A DNA stretch of 64,000 bases from Squalus acanthias (lineage: Eukaryota): positions 5,704,001 to 5,768,000 of the forward strand of contig JASTWF010000034.1 of the NCBI GenBank assembly GCA_030390025.1. The letters run 5' to 3'. This document shows positions 40,628-54,112 of the stretch, one piece after another; the first letter of the stretch is position 1; the number at the start of each line of letters is the position of its first letter. The notes under the pieces are model-generated. The model searched no databases. It saw only the letters and a program-made list of their open reading frames with translations, and was not told the DNA's origin. Position numbers and translations under genes: made by a program.

Positions 40628-42563
40628 TATACCTACCTCCAGCGCCCTGTACTGAACCCTGGGGAATCGCCCTGTATACCTCCCTCCAGACCCCAGTACT
40701 GAACCCTGCGGAACTCCACTGTATGCGTCCCCCCCAGATCCCAGTACTGAACCCTGGGTAACTCCACTATATACCTCCCTCCAGCCCACAATACTGAACC
40801 CTGGGAAACTGCACTGTATACCTCCTTCCAGACTCCAGTGCGTAACCCTGGGAAACTCCACTGTATACCTCCTTCCAAACCCCAGTACTGTACCCTCGGG
40901 AACTCCAAAGTATACCTCCCTCTAGACCCTGCTACTGAACCCTGGGCAACTTCAATGGACACCTCCCACCAGACACCAGGACTGAACCCTGGGGAACTCC
41001 AATGGACACCTCCCACCAGACACCAGGACTGACCCCTGGGGAACCCCACTGTATACCTCCCTCCAGCCCCCAGGACTGAACCCTGAGGAAATCCACTGAA
41101 CGCCTCCCTCCCGTCACCAGTACTGAACCCTGGGGATCTCCACTGTATAGCTCCCTCCAACCCCCCCAGTAATGAACCCTGTGGAACAGCACTGTATATC
41201 TCCCTGAAGCACACAGTACTGAACCCTGGGGAAATCCACTGTATACCTCCCTCCAGCCCCTGCTACTGATCCCTGACGAAATCCAGTGTATACCTCCCTC
41301 CAGACGCCAATACTGAGCCCTGGGGAACTCCACTCTATACCTCCCCCCAGGCACCAGTACTGAACCCTGGCGAACTCCACTGTATACCTCCGTCCAGAAA
41401 CCCAGTACTGAACCCTGGGGAACTCCACTGTATACCTCCCTCTAGATCCTGATACTGAACCCTGGGGAACTCCACTGTATGCCTACCCCGAGACCCAAGT
41501 ACTGAACCCTGGGGAACTCCACTGTATACCTCCCTCCAGCCCCCAGTACTGATCCCTGGGGAACTCCACTGTATACCTCCCTCCAGACAGCTGTACTAAA
41601 CCCAGGGGAACTCCAGTGTATACCTCCCTTCAGACCCCAGTACTGAACCCTGGGGAACTCGACTGTATACATCCCTCCAGCCCCCAGTAATGAACACTGG
41701 GGAACTCCACTATATACCTCCCTCCAGTCCCCAGTACTGTACCCTAGGGAACTCCACTGTATACCTCCCCCCAGACCCCAGTACTGAACCCTGGGGAACT
41801 CCACTGTATACCGTCCTCCATACACCAGGACTGAACCCTGGGGAACTCCACTGTATACCTCTCTCCAGCCCCCAGTACTGAACCCTGGGGAACTCCACTG
41901 TATACCTCCCTCCAGACACCAGCACTGGACCCTGGGGAACTCCACTGTATACATGCACCCAGACTCCAGTAATTTAAATCTGGGGAAATCCACTGTATAC
42001 CTCCCTCCAGACCCCAGTACTGAACCCTGGGGAACACCACTGTATACCTCCATCCAGCACCCAGTACTGAACCCTGGGGAAATCCACTGTATACCTCCCT
42101 CCAGCCCATAGTACTGAACCCTGGGGAACTCCACTGTATACCTCCAACCAGCCACTGGCACTGAACCCTGAGGCACTCCACTGTATACCTCCCTCCAGCC
42201 CATAGTACTGAACCCTGGGGAAATCCACTGTATACCTCCAACCAGCCACTGGCACTGAACCCTGAGGCACTCCACTGTAACTTCCCTCCAGCCCACAGTA
42301 TTGAACCCTGGCGAACTCCACTGTAAACTTCCCTCCAGCCCCTGCTACTGAACCCTGGTGAACTCCACTGTATACCTCCCTCCCAGACACCAGTACTGAA
42401 CCCTGGGGAACTCCACTGTATACCTCCCTCCAGCCCCCAGTACTGAACCCTGGGGAACTCCACTGTGTTCCTCCCCCCAGCCCCCAGTACTGAACCCTGG
42501 GGAACTCCAATGTTAACCTCCATCCAAACCCCAGCACTGAACCCTGGGAACTCCACTGTATAC

Positions 42564-42818
42564 TGTATATTAGTGTTAGGTGGGGATTAAATATGTGGGG
42601 TTATGGGGATAGGATGGGATATGTTAGGGGGAATTAAATACGTGGGGTTACGGGGGTAGGGTGGGATATGTATACTGTGGGGATTAAAGCAGGGACAGGG
42701 TACTGGATTTGAATGATCAGCCATGATCGTATTGAATGGTGGAGCAGGCTCGACGGGCCGAATGGCCTACTCCTGCTCCTAGATTCTATGTTTCTATGTT
42801 TCTATGTTTCTATGTTTC
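42564..42818 (+). mobile_element. SINE-like/CR1-tail insertion, copy 5 of 5
   Basis: Same insertion; tail x4. Confidence 0.85.
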
Positions 42819-45800
42819 TATACCTACCTCCAGCGCCCTGTACTGAACCCTGGGGAATCGCCCTGTATACCTCCCTCCAGACCCCAGTACTGAACCCTGC
42901 GGAACTCCACTGTATGCGTCCCCCCCAGATCCCAGTACTGAACCCTGGGTAACTCCACTATATACCTCCCTCCAGCCCACAATACTGAACCCTGGGAAAC
43001 TGCACTGTATACCTCCTTCCAGACTCCAGTGCGTAACCCTGGGAAACTCCACTGTATACCTCCTTCCAAACCCCAGTACTGTACCCTCGGGAACTCCAAA
43101 GTATACCTCCCTCTAGACCCTGCTACTGAACCCTGGGCAACTTCAATGGACACCTCCCACCAGACACCAGGACTGAACCCTGGGGAACTCCAATGGACAC
43201 CTCCCACCAGACACCAGGACTGACCCCTGGGGAACCCCACTGTATACCTCCCTCCAGCCCCCAGGACTGAACCCTGAGGAAATCCACTGAACGCCTCCCT
43301 CCCGTCACCAGTACTGAACCCTGGGGATCTCCACTGTATAGCTCCCTCCAACCCCCCCAGTAATGAACCCTGTGGAACAGCACTGTATATCTCCCTGAAG
43401 CACACAGTACTGAACCCTGGGGAAATCCACTGTATACCTCCCTCCAGCCCCTGCTACTGATCCCTGACGAAATCCAGTGTATACCTCCCTCCAGACGCCA
43501 ATACTGAGCCCTGGGGAACTCCACTCTATACCTCCCCCCAGGCACCAGTACTGAACCCTGGCGAACTCCACTGTATACCTCCGTCCAGAAACCCAGTACT
43601 GAACCCTGGGGAACTCCACTGTATACCTCCCTCTAGATCCTGATACTGAACCCTGGGGAACTCCACTGTATGCCTACCCCGAGACCCAAGTACTGAACCC
43701 TGGGGAACTCCACTGTATACCTCCCTCCAGCCCCCAGTACTGATCCCTGGGGAACTCCACTGTATACCTCCCTCCAGACAGCTGTACTAAACCCAGGGGA
43801 ACTCCAGTGTATACCTCTCTCAGACCCCAGTACTGAACCCTGGGGAACTCGACTGTATACATCCCTCCAGCCCCCAGTAATGAACACTGGGGAACTCCAC
43901 TATATACCTCCCTCCAGTCCCCAGTACTGTACCCTAGGGAACTCCACTGTATACCTCCCCCCAGACCCCAGTACTGAACCCTGGGGAACTCCACTGTATA
44001 CCGTCCTCCATACACCAGGACTGAACCCTGGGGAACTCCACTGTATACCTCCCTCCAGACACCAGCACTGGACCCTGGGGAACTCCACTGTATACATGCA
44101 CCCAGACTCCAGTAATTTAAATCTGGGGAAATCCACTGTATACCTCCCTCCAGACCCCAGTACTGAACCCTGGGGAACACCACTGTATACCTCCATCCAG
44201 CACCCAGTACTGAACCCTGGGGAAATCCACTGTATACCTCCCTCCAGCCCATAGTACTGAACCCTGGGGAACTCCACTGTATACCTCCAACCAGCCACTG
44301 GCACTGAACCCTGAGGCACTCCACTGTAAACTTCCCTCCAGCCCACAGTATTGAACACTGGCGAACTCCACTGTAAACTTCCCACCAGCCCCTGCTACTG
44401 AACCCTGGTGAACTCCACTGTGTACCTCCCTCCAGACCCCAGAACTGAACCCTGGGGAACTCCACTGTATACCTCCCTCCAGCCCCCAGTACTGAACACT
44501 GGGGAACTCCACTGTGTTCCTCCCCCCAGCCCCCAGTACTGAACCCTGGGGAACTCCAATGTTAACCTCCATCCAGACCCCAGCACTGTACCCTGGGGAA
44601 CTTCACTGTATACCTCACTCCATACCCCAGTACTGCACCTTGGTGAACTCCACGGTACACCTCCCTCCATACCCCAGTACTGAACCCTGGCGAACTCCAC
44701 TGTATACCTCACTCCACACCCCAGCACTGAACCCTGGGGAACTCCAGTGTCTACCTACCTCCAGACCCCAGTACTGAACCCTGGGGAACTCCACTTTGTA
44801 CCTCCCCCCAGACACCAGTACTGAATCCTGGGATACTCCACTGTACACCTCCCCCCTGACCACAGTACTGAACCCTGGGGAACTACACTGTATACCTCCC
44901 CCCAGACCCCAGTACTGAACCCTGGGGAAATCCACTGTATACCTCCATCCAGCCCCCAGTACTGAACCCTGGGGAACTCCACTGTATACCTCCCTCCAGC
45001 CCACAGTACTGAACCCTGGGGAACTCCACTGTATACCTCCATCCAGCCCCTATCAATTAACCCTGGGGAACTCCAGTGTAAACTTCCCTCCAGCCCCCAG
45101 TATTGAACCCTGGCGAACTCCACTGTAAACTTCCCTCCAGCCCCTGCTACTGAACCCTGGTGAACTCCACTGTATACCTCCCTCCAGACCCCAGTACTGA
45201 ACCCTGGGGAACTCCACTGTATACCTCCCTCCAGCCCCCAGTACTGAACCCTGGGGAACTCCACTGTATACCTCCTACCAGCCCCCAGTACTGAACCCTG
45301 GGGAACTCCAATGTATACATTCACCCAGACTCCAGTAATTTAAACCCTGGGTAAATCCACTGTATACCTCCCTCTAGACCCCAGTACTGAACCCTGGGGA
45401 ACACCACTGTATACCTCCATCCAGCACCCAGTACTGAACCCTGGGGAACTCCACTGTATACCTCCCTCGAGCCCATAGTACTGAACCCTGGGAAACTCCA
45501 CTGTATACCTCCATCCAGCCACTGGCACTGAACCCTGAGGCACTCCACTGTAAACTTCCCTCCAGACCCCAGTACTGAACCCTGGGGAACTCCACTGTAT
45601 ACCTCCCTCCAGCCCCCAGTACTGAACCCTGGGGAATCCACTGTGTTCCTCCCCCAAGCCCCCAGTACTGAACCCTGGGGAACTCCAATGTTAACCTCCA
45701 TCCAGACCCCAGCACTGAACCCTGGGGCACTCCACTGTATACCTCCCTCCAGACCCCAGTACTGAAGCCTGGGGAACTCCACTGTATACCTCCCTCCATA

Positions 45801-48800
45801 CCACAGTACTGAACCCTGGGGAACACCACTGTATACCTCACTCCAGATCCCAGTACTGAAGCCTGGGGAACTCCACTGTATACCTCCCTCGATACCCCAG
45901 CACTGCACCCTGGGGAACTCCACTGTATACCTCACTCCATACCTAAGTACTGAACCCTGGTGAACTCCACTGTACACCTCCCTCCATACCCCAGTACTGA
46001 ACCCTGGGGAACTCCACTGTATACCTCACTCCACACCCCAGCACTGAACCCTGGGGAACTCCAGTGTCTACCTACCGCCAGAACCCAGTACTTAACCCTG
46101 GGGAACTCCACTGTATACCTCCCTCCATACCCCAGTACTGAACCCTGGGGAACTCCTCTGTATAACTCCCTCCAGACCGCAGTGCTGAACCTCGGGGAAC
46201 TCCACTGTATACCTCCCTCCAGACCCCAGTACTGAACCCTGGGGAAATCCAATGTTTACCTCCCTGCAGCCCACAGTACTGAACACTGGGGAACTCCACT
46301 GTATACCTCCCTCCAGCCCCCAGAACTGAACCCTGGGGAACTCCACTGTATACCTCCCTCCAGCCCCCAGTACTGAACCCTGGGGAACTCCACTGTATAC
46401 GTCCCTGCAGCCCACAGTACGGAACCTTGGGGAACTCCACTGTTTACCTCCCTCAAGACAACAGTACTGAACCCTGGGGAACTCCACTGTAAACCTCCCT
46501 CCAGCCCCCAGTCCTGAACCCTGGGCAACTCCACTGTATACCACCCTCCAGCGCCCAGTGCTGAACACTGGGGAACTGCACTGTATACGTCCTCCCGAGA
46601 CCCCCAAGTACTGACCCCTGGGGAACTCCACTGTATACCTCCCTCCAGACCCCAGTACTGAACTTGGGGAACTCCACTGGAAACCTCCCTCCAGCCCCTG
46701 CTACTGAACCCTGGGGAACTCCACTGTCTGCCTCCCTCCAGACCCCAGTACTGAACCCTGGGGAACTTCACTGTATACCTCCCTCCAGACCCCAGTACTG
46801 AACTTGGGGAACTCCACTGGAAACCTCCCTCCAGCCCCTGCTACTGAACCCTGGGGAACTCCACTGTCTGCCTCCCTCCAGACCCCAGTACTGAACCCTG
46901 GGGAACTTCACTGTATACCTCCCCCCAGACCCCAGTACTGAACCTGGGGAACTCCTCTATACACCTCCCCTGCCGGACACCAGTATTGAACACTGGGGAA
47001 CTCCACTGTATACCTCCCTCCAGCGCCCAGTACTGAACCCTGGGGAACTCCACTGTATACGTCCCCGCCAGACCCCAGTACTGAACCTGGGGAACTCCTC
47101 TATACACCTCCCCTGCCAGACACCAGTATTGTACCCAGGGGAACTCCACTGTATACCTCCCCCCAAAACAACAGTGCTGAACCCTGTGGAACTCCACTGC
47201 ATCACTCTCCCCAAGACACCAGTATTGAACCCTGGGGAACTCCACTGCATACCTCTCCCCAAGACACCAGTATTGAACCCTGGGGAACTCCACTGTGTAC
47301 CTCCCCCCAGACACCAGTACTGAATCCTGGGGAACTCCACTGTACACCTCCCCCCAGTCCACAGTACTGAACCCTGGGGAACTCCACTGTATACCTCCCC
47401 CCAGACCCCAGTACTGAACCCTGGGGAAATCCACTGTATATCTCCCTCCAGACCACAGTACTGAACCCTGGGGAACTCCACCATATACCTCCATCCAGCC
47501 CCCAGTACTGAACCGTGGGGAACTCCACTGTATACCTCCCTCCAGCCCACAGTACTGAACCCTGTGGAACTCCACTGTATACCTCCATCCAGCCCCTATC
47601 AATTAACCCTGGGGAACTCCAGTGTAAACTTCCCTCCAGCCCCCAGTATTGAACCCTGGCGAACTCCACTGTAAGCTTCCCTCCAGCCCCTGCTACTGAA
47701 CCCTGGTGAACTCCACTGTATACCTCCCTCCAGACCCCAGTACTGAACCCTGGGAAACTCCACTGTATACCTCCCTCCAGCCCCCAGTACTGAACCCTGG
47801 GGAACTCCACTGTATACCTCCTCCCAGCCCCCAGTACTGAACCCTGGGGAACTCCAATGTTAACCTCCATCCAGCCCCCAGCACTGAACCCTGGGGAACT
47901 CCACTGTATACCTCCCTCCAGACCCCAGTACTGAACCCTGGGGAACTCCAATGTTAACCTCCATCCAGCCCCCAGCACTGAACCCTGGGGAACTCCACTG
48001 TATACCTCCCTGCAGACCCCAGTACTGAAACCTGGGGAACTCCACTGTATACCTCCCTCCATACCCCAGTACTGAACCCTGGGGAACTCCACTGTATACC
48101 TCACTCCAGCCCCCAGTACTGAACCCTGGGGAACGCCACTGTCTACCTCCCTCCAGACCCCAGTACTGAACCCTGGGGAACTCCACTGTATACCTCCCTC
48201 CAGCCCCCAGTACTGAACCCTGGGGAACTCCACTGTATACCTCCCTCCATACCCCAGTACTGAACCCTGGGGAACTCCACTGTATACCTCCCTCCAGCCC
48301 CAGTACTGAACCCTGGGGAACTCCATTGTATACCTCCCTCATGCCCCCAGTACTGAACCCTGGGGAACTCCACTGTATACCTCCTCCAGACCCCAGTACT
48401 GAACCCTGGGGAACTCCACTGTATACCTCCCTCCAGACCCCAGTACTGAACCCTGGGGAACTCCACTGTATACCTCCCTCCAGACCCCAGTACTGAACCC
48501 TGGGGAACTCCACTGTATACCTCCCTCCAGCCACCAGTACTGAACCCTGAGGAACTCCACTGTATACCTCCCTCCAGCCACCAGTACTGAACCCTGGGAA
48601 CTCCACTGTATACGTCCCCCCCAGACCCCCAGTACTGAACCCTGGGGAACTCCACTGTATACCTCCCTCCAGACCCCAGTACTGAACCTGGGGAACTCCA
48701 CTGTATACCTCCCCGCCAGACACCAGTAATGATCCCTGGGGAACTCCACTGGAAACCTCCCTCCAGACCCCGGTACTGAACCCTGGGGAACTTCACTGTA

Positions 48801-49014
48801 TACCTCCCCCCAGACCCCAGTACTGAACCTTGGGAACTCCTCTATACACCTCCCCTGCCAGACACCAGTATTGAACCCTGGGAACTCCACTGTATACCTC
48901 CCTCCAGCGCCCAGTACTGAACCCTGGGGAACTCCACTGTATACCTGCCCCCAGACCCCAGTACTGAACTCTGGGGAACTCCACTGTATAGCTCACTCCA
49001 GCCCCACGACTGAA

Positions 49015-51948
49015 CATAGAATCTTAGGAGCAGGAGTAGGCCATTCGGCCTCTCGAGCCTGCTCCGCCATTCAAGGAGATCATGGCTGATCATCCAAATT
49101 CAGTACCCTGTCCCTGCCTTCTCCCCATATACCTTGATCTCTTTAGCCTTAAGAAATATATCTAACTCCTTCTTGAATATATTTAATGAATTGGCCTCTA
49201 CTGCCTTTTGTGATAGAGAATTCCACAGGTTCACCACTCTTTGGGTGGAGAAATTCCTCCTCATCTCTGTCCTAAATGGCTTATCCGTTATCCTTAGTCT
49301 GTGTCCAGGTTCTGGACTCCCCGGCCATCGGGAACATCCTTCCTGCATCTAGTCTGCCTAGTCATGTTCGAATTTTGTAAGTTTCAATGAGTTCCCCTCT
49401 CATTCTTCTAAACTCCAGCGAGTATATTCCCAATCGACCCAATCTCTCCTCATACGTTATTCCTGCCATCCCAGGTATCAGCCTGGTGAATCTTCGCTGC
49501 TCTCCCTCCATGGCAAGAACATCCTTCCTCAGATAAGGCGACCAAAACTGCACACAATACTCAAGATGTGGTCTCACCAAAGCTCTGTACAACTGCAGCA
49601 AGACATCCTTGTTACTGTAATCGAATCCTCTCGCTACGAAGGCCAACATACCATTTGCCTTCTTAACCGCCTGCTGCACCTGCATGCTTACCTTCAGCGA
49701 CTGGTGCACAAGGACTCCCAGGTCTCGTTGCATTTCCCCTTCTCCCAATCTATTGCCGTTCAGATAATAATCTGCCTCCTGTTTTTGCCGCAAAAGTGGA
49801 TAACCTCGCAATTATCCACGTTATATTGCATCTGCCATGCTTCTGCCCAATCACCCAACCTGTCCAAATCATACTGGAGTTTCTCGGCATCCTCCTCACA
49901 GCACACATGCCCACCCAGCTTTGTGTCGTCTGCAAACTTGGAGATATTACATCTCGGTCCCTCGTCTAGATCATTAATGTATATTGTGAATAGCTGGGGT
50001 CTTAGGACCGATCCCTGCGGTACCCCACCAGTCACTGCCTGCCACTCGGAAAAAGACTCGTTTATTCCAACTGTTTCCTTCCTGTCTGCCAACCAGTTCT
50101 CTATCCCAGTCAGTACCTTACCCCCAATCCCATGTGCCTTAACTTTACACGCTAATCTCTTATGCGGGACCTTATCGAAAGCCTTCTGAAAGTCCAATTA
50201 CACCACATCCACTGGTTCTCCCTTATCTATTTTACCAGTTACATCCTCAAAAAATTCCAGTAGATTAGTCAAGCACGATTTACCTTTTGTAAATCCATGT
50301 TGACTTTGACCTATCCTGTTACTGTTTTCCAAGTGCTCTGCTATTTCATCTTTTGTAATGGACTCCAACATTTTCCCCACTACCGATGTCAGGCTTCCCG
50401 GTCTATAATTCCCCGTTTTCTCTCTCCCACCTTTTTTAAATAGTGGGGTAACATTAGCTACCCACCAATACATGGGAATTGTTCCAGTGTCTATAGAATT
50501 TTGGATATTGACTAGCAATGCATCTACTATTTCTCGGGCCACTTCCTTAAGTATCCTTGGATGTAGATTATCAGGCCCTGGGGATTTATCGGCCTTCAAT
50601 CCCGTCAATTTCCCTAACACCATTTCCCTACAATTACTGATTTCTTTCAGTTCCTCCCTCTCATTAGACCCTATGTTCCCCGACATCTCTGGGAGGTTAT
50701 TTGTGTGCTCCTTTGTGAAGACAGAACCAAAGTATGTATTCGATTGGTCTGCCATTTTTTGGTTCCCCATTATAAATTCCCCTGATTCTGACTGCAAGGG
50801 ACCTACGCTTGACTTCACCAATGTTTTTCTCTTCACATATCTATAGAAGCTTTTACAGTCAGTTTTTATGTTCCTCACAAGCTTACTCTCATACTCTATT
50901 TTCCCCCTCTTAATTAATTCCTTTGTCCTCCTCTGCTGAATCCTAAACTGCTCCCAATCCTCAGGTTTGCTGCTTTTTCTGGCCAATTTATAGGTCCTCT
51001 CTTTGGATCTTATGCTATCCCTAATTTCCCTTGTTAGCCACGGTTGATTCACATTTTTTGTTTTATTTTTATGCCAAACAGGGATGAACAGATTCTGTAG
51101 TTCATCCATGCGATCTTTAAATGTTTGCCTTTGCCGATCCACCATCAACCCTTTGGGTAACGCTCCCCAATCCACCCTACCTAACTTGCGCCTCATACCA
51201 TCGTAGTTTCCTTTATTTAAATTCAGGACCCTAGTCACTGAGTCAAATACTTCACTCTCCATCTTAATGAAGAATTCTATCATAATATGATCGCTCTGCC
51301 CCAAGGGGCCTCGCACAACAAGATTGCTAATTATTCCTTTCTAATTACATAATACCCAGTCTAAGATGGACTGATATCGAGTTGGTTGCTCGACATTTTG
51401 GTCCAGGAAAACATCCCGTGTACACTCCAGGCATTCCTCCTCCACAATATTGTTACTAATTTGGTTTGCCCAATCTATATGTAGATTAAAGTCACCCATG
51501 ATAACTGCAGTGCCCTTATTGCACGCGTCTCTAATTTCCTGTTTAATGCCATCCCCAACTTCAGCATTACTGTTTGGGGGTCTGTATACAACTCCCACTA
51601 AAGTTTTCTGTCCCTTGGTATTTCTCAGCTCTACCCATACAGATTCTACATCATCAGAGCTAATATCCTTCCTTATAATTGTGTTAATCTCCTCTTTAAC
51701 CAGCAATGCTACCCGGCTTCCTTTTCCTGTTTGCCTGTCTTTCCTGAATATTGAATACCCCTGGATGTTGAATTCCCAGCCTTGGTCACCCTGGAACCAT
51801 GTTTCCGATATCCCAGTCATATCATATCCGTTTACATATATTTGCGATGCTAATTCATCCACCTTATTACGAATGCTCCTCGCATTCAGATACAAAGCCT
51901 TCAGGCTGTTTTTTTTAACACTCCTAGACCTTTTAGAATTATTATATA
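49015..51948 (-). mobile_element. CR1 LINE, 5'-truncated, near-complete but disabled ORF2 (APE plus RT) with 3' UTR and tail, inserted in the satellite
   Basis: YLNARSIRNKVDEL…GISETW…VYRPPN…IMGDFNLH (APE); KSPGPDNLHPRILKE, QHGFTKGKSCLTNLLEFF, DFQKAFDKVPH, GVPQGSVL, FADDTKLGG, LEYCVQFWSP. Stops near 51341, 50198 and 49362 plus a frameshift near 49800. Tail …CTCCTGCTCCTAAGATTCTATGTTC. Confidence 0.96.
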
Positions 51949-53720
51949 CCGGGGAACTCCACTGTCTACCTCCCTCAAGCTCCCAGCACTAATCTCTGGG
52001 GAACACCACTGTATACCTCCCTCCAGACCCCAGTACTGAACCCTGGGGAACACCACTGTCTACCTCACCCCAGACACCAGTACTGAACCCTGGGGAACTC
52101 CACTGTATACCTCCCTCCAGACACCAGTACTGAACCCTGGGGAACTCCACTGAAAACCTGCCCCCAGACACCAGTACTGAACCCTGGGGAACTCCACCGT
52201 ATACCTCCCTCCAGACCCCAGTACTGAACCCTGGGGAACTCCACTGTATACCTCCCTCCAGACCACAGTACTGAACCCTGGGGAACTCCACTGTATCCCT
52301 CCCTCCAGACACCAGTACTGAACCCTGGGGAACTCCACTGTATACCTCCCTCCAGACCCCAGTACTGAACCCTCGGGAACTCCACTGTAAACCTCCCTCC
52401 AGCCCCCAGAATTGAACCCTGGGGAGCTCCACTGCATACTTCCCTCCATACCCCAGTACTGAACCCTGGGGAACTCCATTCTTGAACTCCCCCAGACCCC
52501 AGTACTGAACGCTGGTGAACTCCACTATATACCTCCCTCCATCCACCAGTACTGAACCCTGGGGAACTCCACTGTATAACTCCCTCCATACCCCAGTACT
52601 GAACCCTGGTGAACTCCACTGTGTACCTCCCTCCAGACCCCAGTACTGAACCTTGGGGAACTGCACTGTATACCTCGCTCCACACCCCAGTACTGAACCC
52701 TGGGGAAATCCACTGTTTACCTCCCTCCAGACACCAGTACTGAACCCTGGGGAAATCCACTGTATACCTCCCTCCATTCCCCAGTACTGAACCCTGGGGA
52801 AATCCACTGTATAGCTCCCTCCATACCCCAGTACTGCAGCCTGGGGAACTCCACTGTATACCTCCCTCCATACCCCAGTACTGAACCCTGGGGAAATCAA
52901 CTGTATAGCTCCCTCCATACCCCAGTAATGAAGCCTGGGGAACTCCACTGTATACCTCCCTCCATACACTGGTACTGAACCCTGCGAAACTCCACTGTAT
53001 ACCTCCCTCCAGCACCCAGTACTGAACCCTGGGGAACTCCACTGTATACCTCACACCAGACACCAGTACTGAACCCTGGGGAACTCCACTGTATACCTCC
53101 CTCCAGACACCAGTACTGAACCCTGGGGAACTCCACTGTATACCTGCCCCCAGACACCAGTACTGAAGCCTGGGGAACTCCACTGTATACCTCCCTCTAG
53201 ACCCCAGTACTGAACCCTGGGGAACTCCACTGTATCCCTCCCTCCAGACACCAGTACTGAACCCTGGGGAACTCCACTGTATACCTGCCTCCAGACCCCA
53301 GTACTGAACCCTGGGGAGCTCCACTGTATACCTCCCTCCATACCCCAGTACTGAACCCTGGGGAACTCCATTATTTAACTCCCCCCAGACCCCAGTACTG
53401 AACCCTGGGTAACTCCACTGTATACCTCCCTCCAGACCCCAGTACTGAACCCTGGGGAACTCCACTGTATACCTCCCTCCAGACCCCAGTACTGAACCCT
53501 GGGTAACTCCACTGTATACCTCCCTCCAGACCCCAGTACTGTACGCTGGGGAAATCCAATGTATAGCTCCCTCCATACCCCAGTACTGAAGCCTGGGTAA
53601 CTCCACTGTATACCTCCCTCCATACCCTTGTACTTAACCCTGGGGAACTGCACTGTATACCTCCCTCCAGCTCCCAGTACTGAACCCTGGGGAACTCCAC
53701 TATTTACCTCCCTCCAGCCC
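51949..53720. repeat. 47-bp satellite, right terminal block (~38 individually diverged monomers)
   Basis: Same monomer with scattered substitutions; ends at …TTTACCTCCCTCCAGCCC|GAAGACAGCC. Confidence 0.97.
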
Positions 53721-53980
53721 GAAGACAGCCATTCAACACAATTCTGTGTTTTCTGTCCCTGATCCAATTGTATCCATGCCGACTCTGCCCCTTTTATCCC
53801 ACATGCTTTAATTTGCAAACAAGCGTAATATGTGTAACTTTATCAAACGTCTTTTGAATTTCCGTATACAGAACATCAACTGCACAGCCCTCATCAACCC
53901 TGTTACCTCATCAAAACTCTCAATCAGTTTAGTCAAACACGATTTGCCTTCAACAAATGTGGGCTGGCTCTCCCTGATAA
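53721..53980 (-). mobile_element. Decayed CR1 RT fragment contiguous with the first satellite monomer (putative parent element)
   Basis: Minus strand with frameshifts: IRESQPTFVEGKSCLTKLIESFDEVT / VDEGCAVDVLYTEIQKTFDKVTHITLVCK / IKACGIKGAESAWIQ / NWIRDRKHRIVLNGC / SGWREVNSGVPQGSVLG. Confidence 0.92.
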
Positions 53981-54112
53981 CAAATACACAGTGGAATAAA
54001 GATCCAGTGAATTGGAAAATTGGGCTTGATCAGCAAGACACAGGGCAATAAATTTATCATTAATTGTTAACTTGAACATGACAACCAGCACAGAGGGGAA
54101 TAGAGCGAGAGA

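Larger units (their letters stand above)
19960..49014. repeat. 47-bp CR1-derived satellite, main block, with higher-order repeats
   Basis: Same monomer. Strongly diverged at 19960-21050, near-uniform at ~23500-28350, recurring variant blocks from 28400 to 49000. Confidence 0.98.

Noticed and set aside
49100..51895. Active retrotransposon, or retron/DGR-like RT-plus-repeat system
   Set aside because: ORF2 has several stops and a frameshift, ORF1 and promoter are absent, and the array variants show no adenine-specific template/variable pattern that I could see.
49566..51992. Plus-strand ORFs antisense to CR1
   Set aside because: Shadow ORFs of LINE coding sequence with no independent motifs.
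1..53720. CRISPR array interpretation of the 47-bp repeat
   Set aside because: Units are head-to-tail with no unique spacers, there are no cas genes, and the context is vertebrate LINEs.
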